This document shows positions 47,115-57,328 of a stretch of 64,000 bases of DNA, piece by piece (within the stretch, counting starts at the first letter, position 1; every line of letters begins with the position of its first letter). Origin of the DNA: Theionarchaea archaeon (lineage in GTDB: Archaea > Methanobacteriota_B > Thermococci > Methanofastidiosales > SZ-28-30); contig JACVGT010000018.1 of the NCBI GenBank assembly GCA_018992685.1, forward strand, positions 286,578 to 350,577, read 5' to 3'. Below the pieces are notes generated by a model. That model worked only from the letters and a program-made list of their open reading frames with translations. It did not search any database and was not told the origin of the DNA. The position numbers and the translations under genes were made by a program.

Positions 47115-49694
47115 ATGATGGATCAATACAACCCTCGAGAGATGGAACCAAGAATCCAGAAATTCTGGGAAGACTGTAGCATATTCAGATTTACGAGAGA
47201 CTCTAAAGCACCAGTCTATTCCATAGATACTCCTCCCCGTACGCTGTCTGGCACTATCCACATGGGACATGCCATGAGCTACTCCCAGATGGAGTTCATT
47301 GCCCGGTACAAGAGAATGCAGAAGTACAATGTATTCTTTCCCATGGGATTTGATGATAATGGGCTGGCCACTGAACGGTACGTGGAACAGAAGTACAATG
47401 TCACATCAAAAGAGATGTCACGGGAAGAGTTCATCAGCCTCTGTCTGAAAGAGACTGTCATTGGTGGAAGGTATTTCAGGGATGTGTGGACCTCACTGGG
47501 GATTTCCTGTGACTGGACAACCTTGTACTCCACCATTGACGAACACTGTAGACGAGTCGCCCAGAAGAGTTTCATAGAGTTATACCCCAGCGGAAAGCTA
47601 GAACGAAAAGAAGACCCCATAACCTGGTGTCCTTTATGTGAAACCGCCATTGCCCAGGCAGAATTGGAAGATAAGACAGAAGAAACCTTTTTAACCACCA
47701 TACGATTTGGATGTGACGGGGTTGACCTTCCCATTGCCACCACAAGGCCTGAATTCCTGGCTGCCTGTGTGGCCGTAGTGGTACACCCCGAAGATCGGAG
47801 GTACAAGAATCTTCCAGGAAAAAAGGCTACTGTCCCTTTATTTCAACAAGAAGTTCCTGTAATTGCTGATTCCAGAGTAGACATGCGCTTTGGAACTGGT
47901 ATCGTCATGATCTGTACCTTTGGGGACAAGACGGATGTGGAATGGTGGCGGGACTACCAGCTGGATACGCGCATCATCATTAATAACGATGGAAGCTTGA
48001 CTGATATGGCTGGTGCATACACGGGGATGACCCTTGTAGAGGCCAGGAAGCTGATTCTGAAGGAACTGAAAGAGAAGAACCTCATAGTAGCCCAGGAAAG
48101 AATTGAACACACCCTGAATGCTCATGAAAGGTGTCATACTCCTGTGGAATTCATCATAGCAAACCAGTGGTTTGTAAAAGTCATGGATCTGAAAGAAGAG
48201 CTCATAGAGAAAGGAAAACAGATACAGTGGTACCCCGAATTCATGGGGAAGAGATATGAATCCTGGGTTGAAAATCTCAGGTGGGACTGGTGTATTTCCA
48301 GACAGAGGTACTACGGGATACCATTTCCGGTGTGGTACTGCAGGAAATGCGGAAAAATCATTCTGGCTGAGGAAAAGGATCTTCCGGTAGATCCGGTGAA
48401 TGACGTTCCTCCTCATCCCTGCGAATGCGGATCCACAGAATTCAACCCTGAGACAGACGTACTGGATACCTGGTTCACCTCGGCGCATACTCCTCAAATT
48501 GCCGCTCGATGGTCAGAACCTGACTCCATGATGGATGAACTGTTCCCCATGAGTCTGCGCAGTCAGGCCCACGATATTATCAGAACCTGGGCATTCTACA
48601 CTATTGTAAAAGCTTTTCTCCACCATGACTGTGTTCCCTGGTTTAATGCAATGATTTCAGGACACGGACTGGATGAACATGGGAAGGGAATGCATGCTTC
48701 ACGAGGAAATGTAGTTTTGTGCATGGACATGGTCAAGAAGCACTCTGCTGATGCTGTGAGATGGTGGGCTGCAGAAGCCAAACTGGGTGAAGATTTGCTG
48801 TTCAAGGAAAAGGACGTAATCAAAGGGTACAAACTCTGCGTAAAATTATGGAATGCGTCAAAACTGGTTTCTCTTCATCTTGATTCAAAGCCAGAAGATG
48901 CTGAATTGAGAGACGTGGATGCCTGGCTCCTGGGGAGGCTGGATACGCTCATCAACGAGGCAACAGTACATCTGGACAGCTACGAATACAGCAGGGCAAA
49001 AAATGTGATAGAACAGTCCTTCTGGCATGAATTCTGTGACAACTATCTGGAACTGGTAAAATATCGGCTGTATGGAGAAAAAGATAAGGCTGCTGTCTAT
49101 GTACTGTACTATTCTCTGCTCACATATCTGAAATTGCTGTCACCGTACGTAGCCCACATTACTGAGGAGATCTACCAGAATGTGTATCGTCAATGGGAAG
49201 AAGAAGTGAGCATCCATGTATCTTCATGGCCCAATCCTTTTGGAATCCCTGAAAGCAAACAGGGACAGACTCTTGTGGATGTTATTGCTGCATTACGGAG
49301 ATGGAAATCGGACATGGGGATGCCCTTGAACAAAGAAGTGTCCAGAGTGAAGCTGTATTCAGACACAGCCATCGAGGATGTCGGTGACATCAAAGGGGCC
49401 ATGAACATTGAAACAGTTGAAGTTACCAGCGAATCTCCCGCCTGGAAGGAGAAAATTGTCAAGGTGAGTCCTGATTACAGTGCTATTGGACCGCTATTCG
49501 GGAGAGATACTAGTAAAGTGGCCTCACTCCTCGAGATGCATGCACTTGAATTGGAACACACACCACAGATGGAGAAGGACGGATTCTTACTGAAGCGGGA
49601 GTACATCGGATCAATCCAGAAGGAATTCTACGTTGGAGAGAAGCGAGTGGAGGTACTCTCTGCAGGAGATGTTATTATCGAAGTTGAGGTCTAA
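47115..49694 (+). CDS. valS: Valine--tRNA ligase
   Basis: IDTPP, HMGH, ATTRPE, WDWCISRQRYYG, QAHDII; the KMSKS position reads GMHAS. Confidence 0.95.
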   Translation: MMDQYNPREMEPRIQKFWEDCSIFRFTRDSKAPVYSIDTPPRTLSGTIHMGHAMSYSQMEFIARYKRMQKYNVFFPMGFDDNGLATERYVEQKYNVTSKEMSREEFISLCLKETVIGGRYFRDVWTSLGISCDWTTLYSTIDEHCRRVAQKSFIELYPSGKLERKEDPITWCPLCETAIAQAELEDKTEETFLTTIRFGCDGVDLPIATTRPEFLAACVAVVVHPEDRRYKNLPGKKATVPLFQQEVPVIADSRVDMRFGTGIVMICTFGDKTDVEWWRDYQLDTRIIINNDGSLTDMAGAYTGMTLVEARKLILKELKEKNLIVAQERIEHTLNAHERCHTPVEFIIANQWFVKVMDLKEELIEKGKQIQWYPEFMGKRYESWVENLRWDWCISRQRYYGIPFPVWYCRKCGKIILAEEKDLPVDPVNDVPPHPCECGSTEFNPETDVLDTWFTSAHTPQIAARWSEPDSMMDELFPMSLRSQAHDIIRTWAFYTIVKAFLHHDCVPWFNAMISGHGLDEHGKGMHASRGNVVLCMDMVKKHSADAVRWWAAEAKLGEDLLFKEKDVIKGYKLCVKLWNASKLVSLHLDSKPEDAELRDVDAWLLGRLDTLINEATVHLDSYEYSRAKNVIEQSFWHEFCDNYLELVKYRLYGEKDKAAVYVLYYSLLTYLKLLSPYVAHITEEIYQNVYRQWEEEVSIHVSSWPNPFGIPESKQGQTLVDVIAALRRWKSDMGMPLNKEVSRVKLYSDTAIEDVGDIKGAMNIETVEVTSESPAWKEKIVKVSPDYSAIGPLFGRDTSKVASLLEMHALELEHTPQMEKDGFLLKREYIGSIQKEFYVGEKRVEVLSAGDVIIEVEV

Positions 49695-50681
49695 ATGAAG
49701 GCTGCTGTCTACTACGGGCTTGATGATTTCAGAATTGAGGAAAGACCCCTCCCCAGAATCGGTGAGTATGAAGTTCTGGTTAAAGTCAGAGCATGCGGGG
49801 TGTGCGGTACTGATGTTCACAAAGCAGTGCACCACACCGTAGAGGATGGGACTATTCTAGGGCATGAAGTGGCTGGAGACATCATTGAAACAGGTAGGGA
49901 GGTCACAAAATTCGAAACAGGTGAAAAGGTAGTTGTTCCCCACCATACACCCTGTTTCGCTTGCTCTTATTGTCACCATGACCATCACACCCTATGTGAC
50001 CAATACACAAAAACAAATATTGATCCTGGTGGATTTTCGGAGGTTATCAGGGTTCCCCAACCCAATGTGGAGAGAGCTATGCTGTCTTTTGACCACATAG
50101 ACTATGAAGATGCTGCCTTTGTGGAACCGTTAGCCTGTTGCATCCACGCCTGGGATCGATTGGTGGTGTTCCCTGGCGACACCGTCCTGATTGTGGGAGC
50201 AGGTCCTATTGGACTCCTTCATCTGGAACTGGCGAAAACACGCCAAACTGAGGTATTGGTGGCAGATATCAAGGCATCCAGACTGCAACAGGTGGAAAAA
50301 AGAGGTGGTATTCCCCTTCAGGCACGTGAGATAACGGGATTGGAAGCTGACATTGTAGTTGTGGCCGCTGGAACCACAAATGCGTACGAACTTGCCCTTT
50401 CAAGTGTGAAGAAGGGTGGCCAGATCAGTTTTTTTGCAGAGTGCCCTCCTGACTCGCAGATTGCACTGGACCCCAATGTGGTCTATAGCAAAGAGCTCAC
50501 ATTCACGGGGAGCTACTCTTCAACCCCCCGTGGTCACTGGAAAGCCTTGAACCTTATCGAGAGTGGAGTGCTGGACGTCAAACAGTTGATATCTCACCGG
50601 TTTGGATTAGAGGATCTGGGAAGAGCCATCAAGATGGCCTCTAGAGCTGAGGATTGCCTCAAAATAATGATTAAACCGTGA
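49695..50681 (+). CDS. Zinc-dependent MDR alcohol/polyol dehydrogenase
   Basis: CGTD, GHE, CxxCxxC...C, GAGPIG. Confidence 0.93.
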   Translation: MKAAVYYGLDDFRIEERPLPRIGEYEVLVKVRACGVCGTDVHKAVHHTVEDGTILGHEVAGDIIETGREVTKFETGEKVVVPHHTPCFACSYCHHDHHTLCDQYTKTNIDPGGFSEVIRVPQPNVERAMLSFDHIDYEDAAFVEPLACCIHAWDRLVVFPGDTVLIVGAGPIGLLHLELAKTRQTEVLVADIKASRLQQVEKRGGIPLQAREITGLEADIVVVAAGTTNAYELALSSVKKGGQISFFAECPPDSQIALDPNVVYSKELTFTGSYSSTPRGHWKALNLIESGVLDVKQLISHRFGLEDLGRAIKMASRAEDCLKIMIKP

Positions 50682-50685
50682 TACT

Positions 50686-51708
50686 ATGAAAGTTGCCATG
50701 TTTTATGGGCCTGGAGATGTCAGGTTGGAAGAAAGGGATATACCTGAGATTGAAGCCGACGAAGTTTTAGTAAGAATAAGGGCTGCTTTAACCTGCGGAA
50801 CTGATATCAAGACCTACAGGAGGGGACATGCACTGGTACCTCCTCCTTCCCCGTTCGGGCATGAGTATGCGGGAGACGTTGTTGCAGTTGGCGAAAGAGT
50901 TGAACGAGTAACAGAGGGGATGCGGATTGTGGCTGCCAATTCTGCCCCATGCGGACACTGCTTCTACTGCAAGAGAGGAAGAGAAAGCCTCTGTGAAAAT
51001 TTGTTCTTTGTATGGGGCGCTTTTGCTGAGTACATTGTAGTTCCAGGCAGGATCGTCCAGAAGAACCTGCTGGAAGTGCCTGAACATGTTACTTATGAAG
51101 AAGCTGCTCTGACAGAGCCATTAGCCTGTGTCATTCACGGTGTCGAAGCCTCCAACATACAGATGGGCGATACCGTGGTGATCAATGGGGCAGGTCCTAT
51201 TGGATTATTCTTCACTGCACTGGTAAAACAGAAAGGCGCACGGGTGATTCAGACTGATCTGGTAGAGGAAAGACTCTCTGTGGCAGAGCAACTGGGTGCT
51301 GATCACATTATTAATGCCCAGGAAGGAGAGGAAGCCACCATCCACAACGTGAAAGCACTCACGGAGGGCAGAGGAGCAGATATCGCAATTGAAGCTGTAG
51401 GTTATCCAAAAATCTGGGAGACTACCATCAAGATGACCAGAAAGGGAGGGACTGCTACGCTGTTTGGCGGATGTGAAAAAAACACCACCATTACGGTGGA
51501 TACAACATCGCTGCATTACAATGAGATAACAATGAAAGGAGTTTTCCATCACACTCCTCACTACATCAGAACCGCCCTCAATTTACTGTCGTGGGGATCT
51601 CTTGATACTCAAGTTTTTATTACTGAGAAGATGCCCCTGTCCCGCATAGATGAAACACTCAAGAAAGTAATGGCTCAGAAGGGAGTGAAAATTGCCTTGA
51701 TTCCCTGA
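50686..51708 (+). CDS. Zinc-dependent MDR alcohol/polyol dehydrogenase (paralog)
   Basis: TCGTD, GHE, CGHCFYC...C, GAGPIG. Confidence 0.93.
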   Translation: MKVAMFYGPGDVRLEERDIPEIEADEVLVRIRAALTCGTDIKTYRRGHALVPPPSPFGHEYAGDVVAVGERVERVTEGMRIVAANSAPCGHCFYCKRGRESLCENLFFVWGAFAEYIVVPGRIVQKNLLEVPEHVTYEEAALTEPLACVIHGVEASNIQMGDTVVINGAGPIGLFFTALVKQKGARVIQTDLVEERLSVAEQLGADHIINAQEGEEATIHNVKALTEGRGADIAIEAVGYPKIWETTIKMTRKGGTATLFGGCEKNTTITVDTTSLHYNEITMKGVFHHTPHYIRTALNLLSWGSLDTQVFITEKMPLSRIDETLKKVMAQKGVKIALIP

Positions 51709-51922
51709 GTGTCCTCAGAAGAACCAACAGTAGTCACGATCTAGATCAACCATACGAAAGAAGTATCCCATAACGTGAAGAAAAGTCTGCCGGAGAGCTA
51801 CCAGTTAGAGGATGGGGCAGTCTTGGACGAAAAAAGAGATTATCCCACGAATTAAGTTGAACGTTTCAATAATGAAAACATTTATATTCTTTAAAAAAAT
51901 CTCACCCTGAAAAGGTGCTGTC

Positions 51923-52485
51923 ATGAATATAACCTATCTCAGTCATGCCTGTTTCGAGCTCAAAGACGCCAAAACCATCCTCATTGATCCATTCTTCAAA
52001 GACAATCCGAATGCTCCTCCCTACTCAGGGAACCCTGATCTGATCCTGGTTACCCATGAGCACCACGACCATAACGACGCAGGACAATTCATTGCTACCG
52101 TAGTATGTCCTGAACCCTGCAGAAAGAAGTTCAAGAACCCAGTGACCATGAAAATCGGGGAGAAGAAAACAGTGGAAGGCGTCCCTCTTGAAATGGTGAA
52201 TGCGTCCCATCATCAATCCTCCTACCCCACAGGATTCATCATCCAGGTGGAAGGAAAGCGCATCTACCACATGGGCGATACCTACCTCGATGGAGTCAAG
52301 CCACATGGGCCCATAGATGTCCTGTTCATCCCCATTGGTGGATACTACACCATGAATATCGAAGAAGCTCTCACAGCACTGGACATTGTCAGATACAGGC
52401 AGACCCTCAGGCATTCAAGAAAAAAGCAGAAGAGAAGGGATTCTCAGTAAAGGTGTTCAGATTTGGCGAAACTGCTCAGTTCTGA
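51923..52485 (+). pseudogene. UPF0173 metallo-beta-lactamase-fold hydrolase with internal deletion/frameshift
   Basis: THEHHDH, HMGDT, PIGGYYTM. The expected P..xIPMHY segment is missing near 52390, and a plausible C-terminus (QIQADPQAFKKKAEEKGFSVKVFRFGETAQF*) continues in another frame to 52485. Confidence 0.75.
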
Positions 52486-53656
52486 TTCCGCAGGACATGC
52501 ACTTTCAGGAGGCATAATTGCTTTGGGCTTGGCCCATTTTTTAACCCATTTCTTGGAATTCGCCCTTCCTGCAGTCTACCCCCTGATTAGAGAGGAGTTT
52601 TCTTTATCATATTCAGACGTGGGAGTAATTTCAAGCAGTGTCGTTATTACCCTTTTCATTTTTCAAACCCCCATAGGACATTTGTCAGATAGAAAAGGAA
52701 GAAAGTACCTTCTGATGGCATTCCTGGCCCTGCTCATTTGTTCCACGTTTCTCACAGGACTTTCATTCTCATATGTACATTTGTTGCTGTTCCAGGTTCT
52801 GGTAGGAATGGGTGCCAGTGCTTTTCACTCAGCAGGAATGGCCATGGCGTCAGACATTGCACCTCACAGGCGAATGGGGAGATACATGGCAGTTCAGGGA
52901 TTTGGAGGAACCTTTGGAGTAGCATTGGCCCCCCTGATAGTGAGTTTTCTGGGAAGTATTCTGGGGTGGAGACACGCAATCCAGGGTGCAGCAATCCTGG
53001 GAATACCAGTTCTCCTGTACATATCTCGATTGCTTCATTATACGGGGAGTCCCTTGGACTCTAAGGAGAAGGACCGTGTTGTTCTTTCCAGAAAAGTCAT
53101 ATTTCTCATATTGATGGGATTTGTATTGCAGGGATTCGTGTTCAGAGGAATTGCTTCCTTTTTCCCCACGTATCTGGTTGATGTGTACGGAAGCTCTCTC
53201 AAGCTGGCAGGCTCCTTGACCTTCCTTCTGTTTCTTGGAGGAGCTTTCGCAGAGCTCGTGGGGGGCGAGTGGTCTGATAAAACAGAGAAGCTCAATGTAG
53301 TAGTTTTTTCCTACGGTGTAAGATGTGTTCTCCTGTACCTGATCAACACCCTGGATAACCCAGATGCTCTCGTGGCTCTGGTCATAGGATTTGGATTCTT
53401 TCAGGGGATGTCCATACCTGCTGTGGCCTCCCTCATTAGAGACATGAGCCCCCCGGGTTCAGCAGGGAAATCATATGGAGCAGTCTTCAGCATCGCGACA
53501 CTAACAGGGTTCTTTTCTCCTTTGATAGTTGGATATGTAGGTGATCTGTACAGTCTGAAGGTGTCGTTCTCCATTCTGACTCTCGCACTTCTGTGTGCCT
53601 TCGCGTTTGTTGTGATGGCCAGGTACTTCCGGTTCAAAGACGCACATGCCACATGA
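52463..53656 (+). CDS. MFS transporter (FSR-like)
   Basis: AHFLTH, GHLSDRKGRK, about 12 TM. True start probably about 52513-52522, after GGAGG. Confidence 0.88.
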   Translation: MAKLLSSDSAGHALSGGIIALGLAHFLTHFLEFALPAVYPLIREEFSLSYSDVGVISSSVVITLFIFQTPIGHLSDRKGRKYLLMAFLALLICSTFLTGLSFSYVHLLLFQVLVGMGASAFHSAGMAMASDIAPHRRMGRYMAVQGFGGTFGVALAPLIVSFLGSILGWRHAIQGAAILGIPVLLYISRLLHYTGSPLDSKEKDRVVLSRKVIFLILMGFVLQGFVFRGIASFFPTYLVDVYGSSLKLAGSLTFLLFLGGAFAELVGGEWSDKTEKLNVVVFSYGVRCVLLYLINTLDNPDALVALVIGFGFFQGMSIPAVASLIRDMSPPGSAGKSYGAVFSIATLTGFFSPLIVGYVGDLYSLKVSFSILTLALLCAFAFVVMARYFRFKDAHAT

Positions 53657-54658
53657 CTATATGGATCGGAAATACTGGGGGTCGATTTGTTGAGAACCCA
53701 GGACCAGTCGGCACCGATTATCTGTCCTTTCCAGTCTCCCCCTGGCTTCAACAATATCACCTTCCACAAAAACGTCGCAGTACAACCCTTCGTACGAAAT
53801 GATTTCCTCCACCGGGTGTTCCCCTTCACGGACTTCCAGTGTTTCAACCAGGTATCTGGCAGGAAGAAACATAGATTCAGAGCTGTCAGTGATCACAGCT
53901 CTGATTGTAGCTGGTCCCAGGCCAGTGTACCTCGTGTCACCATAGGTCTCTGTAATCTCTTCATCCGTCCTCGTAGGGTGGAGGGAGAAGTAGGTACCAT
54001 CAAAAAACCCGTAGTTCCACTTCTTGGCTGCAAGACGCTCTGCCTGCTTTCTGTCAATGCCAAAAATATCCATTTTGTGCTGAATCCATTCATCTCTCTT
54101 CTCCCCACCCAGTGATGTGACATGGGGCAGGCGAGGCAGCACCTCTTTCACCAAGAGTGCATTCCTTCTTCCATAGACGATCAGGTCAATATCAGAAAAT
54201 ACTGGACTGTGTAACCCAATGAGTATGGATCCCGTTATCCCAAGGTAGTTCAAAGGGATTGATGTTTCACTCATAATCTCTGCAACAAACGCTGCTACCT
54301 TTTCCTCCAGTCTATCCTGAGGGAAGTCAAGAAGCTGACTTATTCGCTCTTCTGGTGCATAGTACTGGCCAATCCTGTCTTTGGGAACCATGGACATTTC
54401 TATGTTGCGCACCGGACAATAGTACACGTAGTGAGGAAAGTCTTTCTTCAGATTGTCAATCGTCTGCGAAACAGAAAAAACGTGGTAAAACGGGAGCTCA
54501 CGCCTGAAATAACAGGCTCCTTTTTTCCACTTTCCCTGTGTGGTGGGTGAATATTTTAGATAGGCCGTGATCTTATCAGGGGGATGCAGGTATCCTGCCA
54601 CGCAAAAAAACATTCCGTCTCTCGTCTCAATGAAATCTCTGTCCTTGGGCTTTCTCAT
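53657..54658 (-). CDS. Predicted nucleotidyltransferase (COG1665-like)
   Basis: DRDFIET, YLHPPD..AYLKY and GITGSIL...SDIDLIVYG Pol-beta NTase motif. Confidence 0.85.
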   Translation of the reverse strand: MRKPKDRDFIETRDGMFFCVAGYLHPPDKITAYLKYSPTTQGKWKKGACYFRRELPFYHVFSVSQTIDNLKKDFPHYVYYCPVRNIEMSMVPKDRIGQYYAPEERISQLLDFPQDRLEEKVAAFVAEIMSETSIPLNYLGITGSILIGLHSPVFSDIDLIVYGRRNALLVKEVLPRLPHVTSLGGEKRDEWIQHKMDIFGIDRKQAERLAAKKWNYGFFDGTYFSLHPTRTDEEITETYGDTRYTGLGPATIRAVITDSSESMFLPARYLVETLEVREGEHPVEEIISYEGLYCDVFVEGDIVEARGRLERTDNRCRLVLGSQQIDPQYFRSI

Positions 54659-54767
54659 GAAAGAAGCTTTGCATGGAGTTATTAAAAGGTGAGCATGGGG
54701 AGAGACATCCCCCCTGAGGGTATGACGTGGTGGTTCTCATCCACCACGAGAAGAGACACCACTTGTC

Positions 54768-55679
54768 CTATGTTGTCTGCATGTACAGGTACATCACTGC
54801 TTCCCAGTTGTATTCTCTGTAGTCACCACTATCTTCAATCTCAATGAACAATAGCTCGGCATGCTTCAGCCCAGTCAATCGCTCAATCTCTGCAATTGCT
54901 TCGTCAAGATTCCCTGTCAAATCAGCAAAGCCCCATTGCACTGCCTGATTGCCCATCCATGTCAGTCCATCTGCATGCGTTTCCACCTGTTCTGTGGTGA
55001 GGTTTCTTCCTCTTGCCACCGTAAAGACAAATCGATAGAAGGCATCATACACGGAGTCAGTAATGTACTGTCGTTCATCCTCATCGAGGTCTCTCCAGTC
55101 GGCTCCTGCATCTTTGTGCTCACCCGTTTTGAAGACCTCAATATCGAATCCAAACTGGCTGTAGTAGCCAGAAGCATCAACATGCACATAAATGACGCCA
55201 ATACTGCCCACCTCTGCGTCAGGTCGCACCACAATCCTGTCGCACACAGACATGATATAATATCCACCTGATGCAGCCACGCCTCCTGTGTAGGCAACCA
55301 CAGGCTTTCGGTATTGTAACCGCTCGATCTCATAGGTGATCTGAGTCACAGCTGCCACCGATCCCCCAGGCGAATCCACCCACAGGATCACTCCTTCTAT
55401 TGAGGAGTCTTGTTCCACTTCCCGCAGTTTTGCCGCAAGAGGCATTACATCTTCAGAATCCAGTATCCCCTCAATACGAATTACTGCTACTTTGCCATCA
55501 GTTGGACCTTCTCTGAAGGACTGCTCAATGGATTGCTGCTCTCCACTATATTCCTCCTGTAGAGAGGTATAATCGGACCCAGGAATGAGAGGTTCTCTCA
55601 CGGAAGGTTCCTGAGTGAGCTGCTCTGCACACCCAGCCACCAGTACTATAGCAAATAATAGTATCACCAATTTCTTCAT
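54768..55679 (-). CDS. sppA: Signal peptide peptidase SppA (S49), lipoprotein
   Basis: LVAGC lipobox, DSPGG, AASGGY, GSIGV, KTGEHKD. Confidence 0.92.
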   Translation of the reverse strand: MKKLVILLFAIVLVAGCAEQLTQEPSVREPLIPGSDYTSLQEEYSGEQQSIEQSFREGPTDGKVAVIRIEGILDSEDVMPLAAKLREVEQDSSIEGVILWVDSPGGSVAAVTQITYEIERLQYRKPVVAYTGGVAASGGYYIMSVCDRIVVRPDAEVGSIGVIYVHVDASGYYSQFGFDIEVFKTGEHKDAGADWRDLDEDERQYITDSVYDAFYRFVFTVARGRNLTTEQVETHADGLTWMGNQAVQWGFADLTGNLDEAIAEIERLTGLKHAELLFIEIEDSGDYREYNWEAVMYLYMQTT

Positions 55680-55848
55680 ATTTTCACCATTGTATTCTAC
55701 CAGTTCTCTCATATAAACCTAGTGACAGTTCCTCGGTCCGCCTCCGCAAGGCTGCCAGGAAGTACTTGCCTATTAGAACCCCCCTTTCTCTCTTTCTGTT
55801 CCTACAAAACCTTTTATAGGAACGTACAACTGAGTTTGTGGTGATGAC

Positions 55849-56517
55849 ATGTCGATTGGTGATGAGAAATCCATTTACTATTTTGATTACTGTGGTGAGT
55901 CAAACACGGAACAAGTCCTTCAACTGGTGAAGGAAAGAGCAAAGGAAATGGAAATTGAAAAGATTGTGGTAGCTTCGGAGACAGGCCTCAGTGCTCTGAA
56001 AGCAGTAGACCTCCTGGACGGATTCAGTATCATTGTGGTTACCTCAGCTCTGGGAAGCAGAGTGGAGAATACCGGGCTGGGAGACCTGCTCATTGGGATA
56101 TCAGATGCCACCATTTTCCAGAACCTTCAGAAGACCTGTACTGTCATACGGGGGACAGACCCTTTCCACAACATTAATGCCCCCTTCCGGGAGATGACCA
56201 ATGAAAAAATCATTAGAGCTATTCTGCACTGTATCTCTTCTGGTGTGGGAGTATGCATGTTGAGTGTGATGATGGCCACTGATCAGGGAGTGCTGACCAA
56301 AGGTGAACGGGTCATCTCGTGTGGAGGATCATTCCTGGGACTGGACACTGCCTGTGTGGTGCGTGCCTCCAACTCTGTGGATCTCTTCACAGAAGATGGG
56401 CTGATTGTGGAGGAAATCGTCTGCAAGCCCAGGAACCCCAAGTATGAGTGGCCTATCAGTCAAGACCGGTGGAGAGGAGATCTCAACCAGTACAGAAGGT
56501 TTATGCGGCAGGAATAA
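55849..56517 (+). CDS. Pyruvate kinase alpha/beta (PK_C) domain protein, COG1751-like
   Basis: YFDYCGESNT, IVVASETG, MATDQG, GLDTA, EIVCKP. Confidence 0.85.
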   Translation: MSIGDEKSIYYFDYCGESNTEQVLQLVKERAKEMEIEKIVVASETGLSALKAVDLLDGFSIIVVTSALGSRVENTGLGDLLIGISDATIFQNLQKTCTVIRGTDPFHNINAPFREMTNEKIIRAILHCISSGVGVCMLSVMMATDQGVLTKGERVISCGGSFLGLDTACVVRASNSVDLFTEDGLIVEEIVCKPRNPKYEWPISQDRWRGDLNQYRRFMRQE

Positions 56518-56611
56518 TTCAGAACTGGGAGTGTAAAGGTGATTTAAGGCATGAGGGCTCTCAGGCAGTCCCAGCAAGGTCCGATAATTCTGATTATGGG
56601 TGGCTCCAGGA

Positions 56612-57229
56612 TTAACGGATACTCTGCCAGATGTCTGGTAGGTCTGAGTAGCATCTGAGGTCCTGGGCATCCCTTCCCACGGGACACTCCAGCACGCATG
56701 TGAAGCATTTGACACACTCTTCATGACGGAAATAGGAATCAAGTGCCCCCGTTGGACATTTGTCCACACACATTGTGCACGTCACGCAGGGGGCAAAATC
56801 CAGGGGCTGACTCGGGAGTACAGGCATGGTGGTCAAGATAGTGGTCAACTGGACCCGTGGTCCGAATTCTGGGGTGATCACAAGAAAGTTCCTGCCAATG
56901 GTTCCAAGGCCCGCCTTTACAGCAAGCTCTCTATGGGGGATTATATCCTTGCCGGGGAGGTCCTCCTGAGAAAAAAGAGCGCCCCAGACCCCAAATCCCC
57001 TTTCACAAAGGAACTGTCTTCCCTGTATGTTTAGAAGATCCATGATCGTGTTTAGGTTCTGTATGGGGTCAGATTGGCTCTTTTTCAACAGCTTGAGAAC
57101 GGAAACACCTATGACGACTGCAGAAGAATACTCAGGGAAGTACTCCCTGCAGCTGCAAAATCCCACGAGGTCGGCTCCCTCCTTCCTGAGGAATCGGTTC
57201 AATTGCTCAGTCTCCGTCTCCGTCTCCAT
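56612..57229 (-). CDS. QueG-like (epoxyqueuosine reductase family) 4Fe-4S protein
   Basis: GADLVG, HRELAVKAGLGTIGRN, FGPRV, CxxCxxCxxxCP x2. Confidence 0.8.
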   Translation of the reverse strand: METETETEQLNRFLRKEGADLVGFCSCREYFPEYSSAVVIGVSVLKLLKKSQSDPIQNLNTIMDLLNIQGRQFLCERGFGVWGALFSQEDLPGKDIIPHRELAVKAGLGTIGRNFLVITPEFGPRVQLTTILTTMPVLPSQPLDFAPCVTCTMCVDKCPTGALDSYFRHEECVKCFTCVLECPVGRDAQDLRCYSDLPDIWQSIR

Positions 57230-57328
57230 TATCTCACATATCCACACTGCCTTATAAACGCTTTATTAAAGTGAGCAGATCTGAGGAAAAGTTGATAAGG
57301 TTGCCCCGCAAGTGAGGATGGTGATTCT

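Noticed and set aside
54726-54748. Hairpin CGTGGTGG-N7-CCACCACG between sppA and the nucleotidyltransferase gene
   Set aside because: A single short hairpin, most simply a terminator or stability element.
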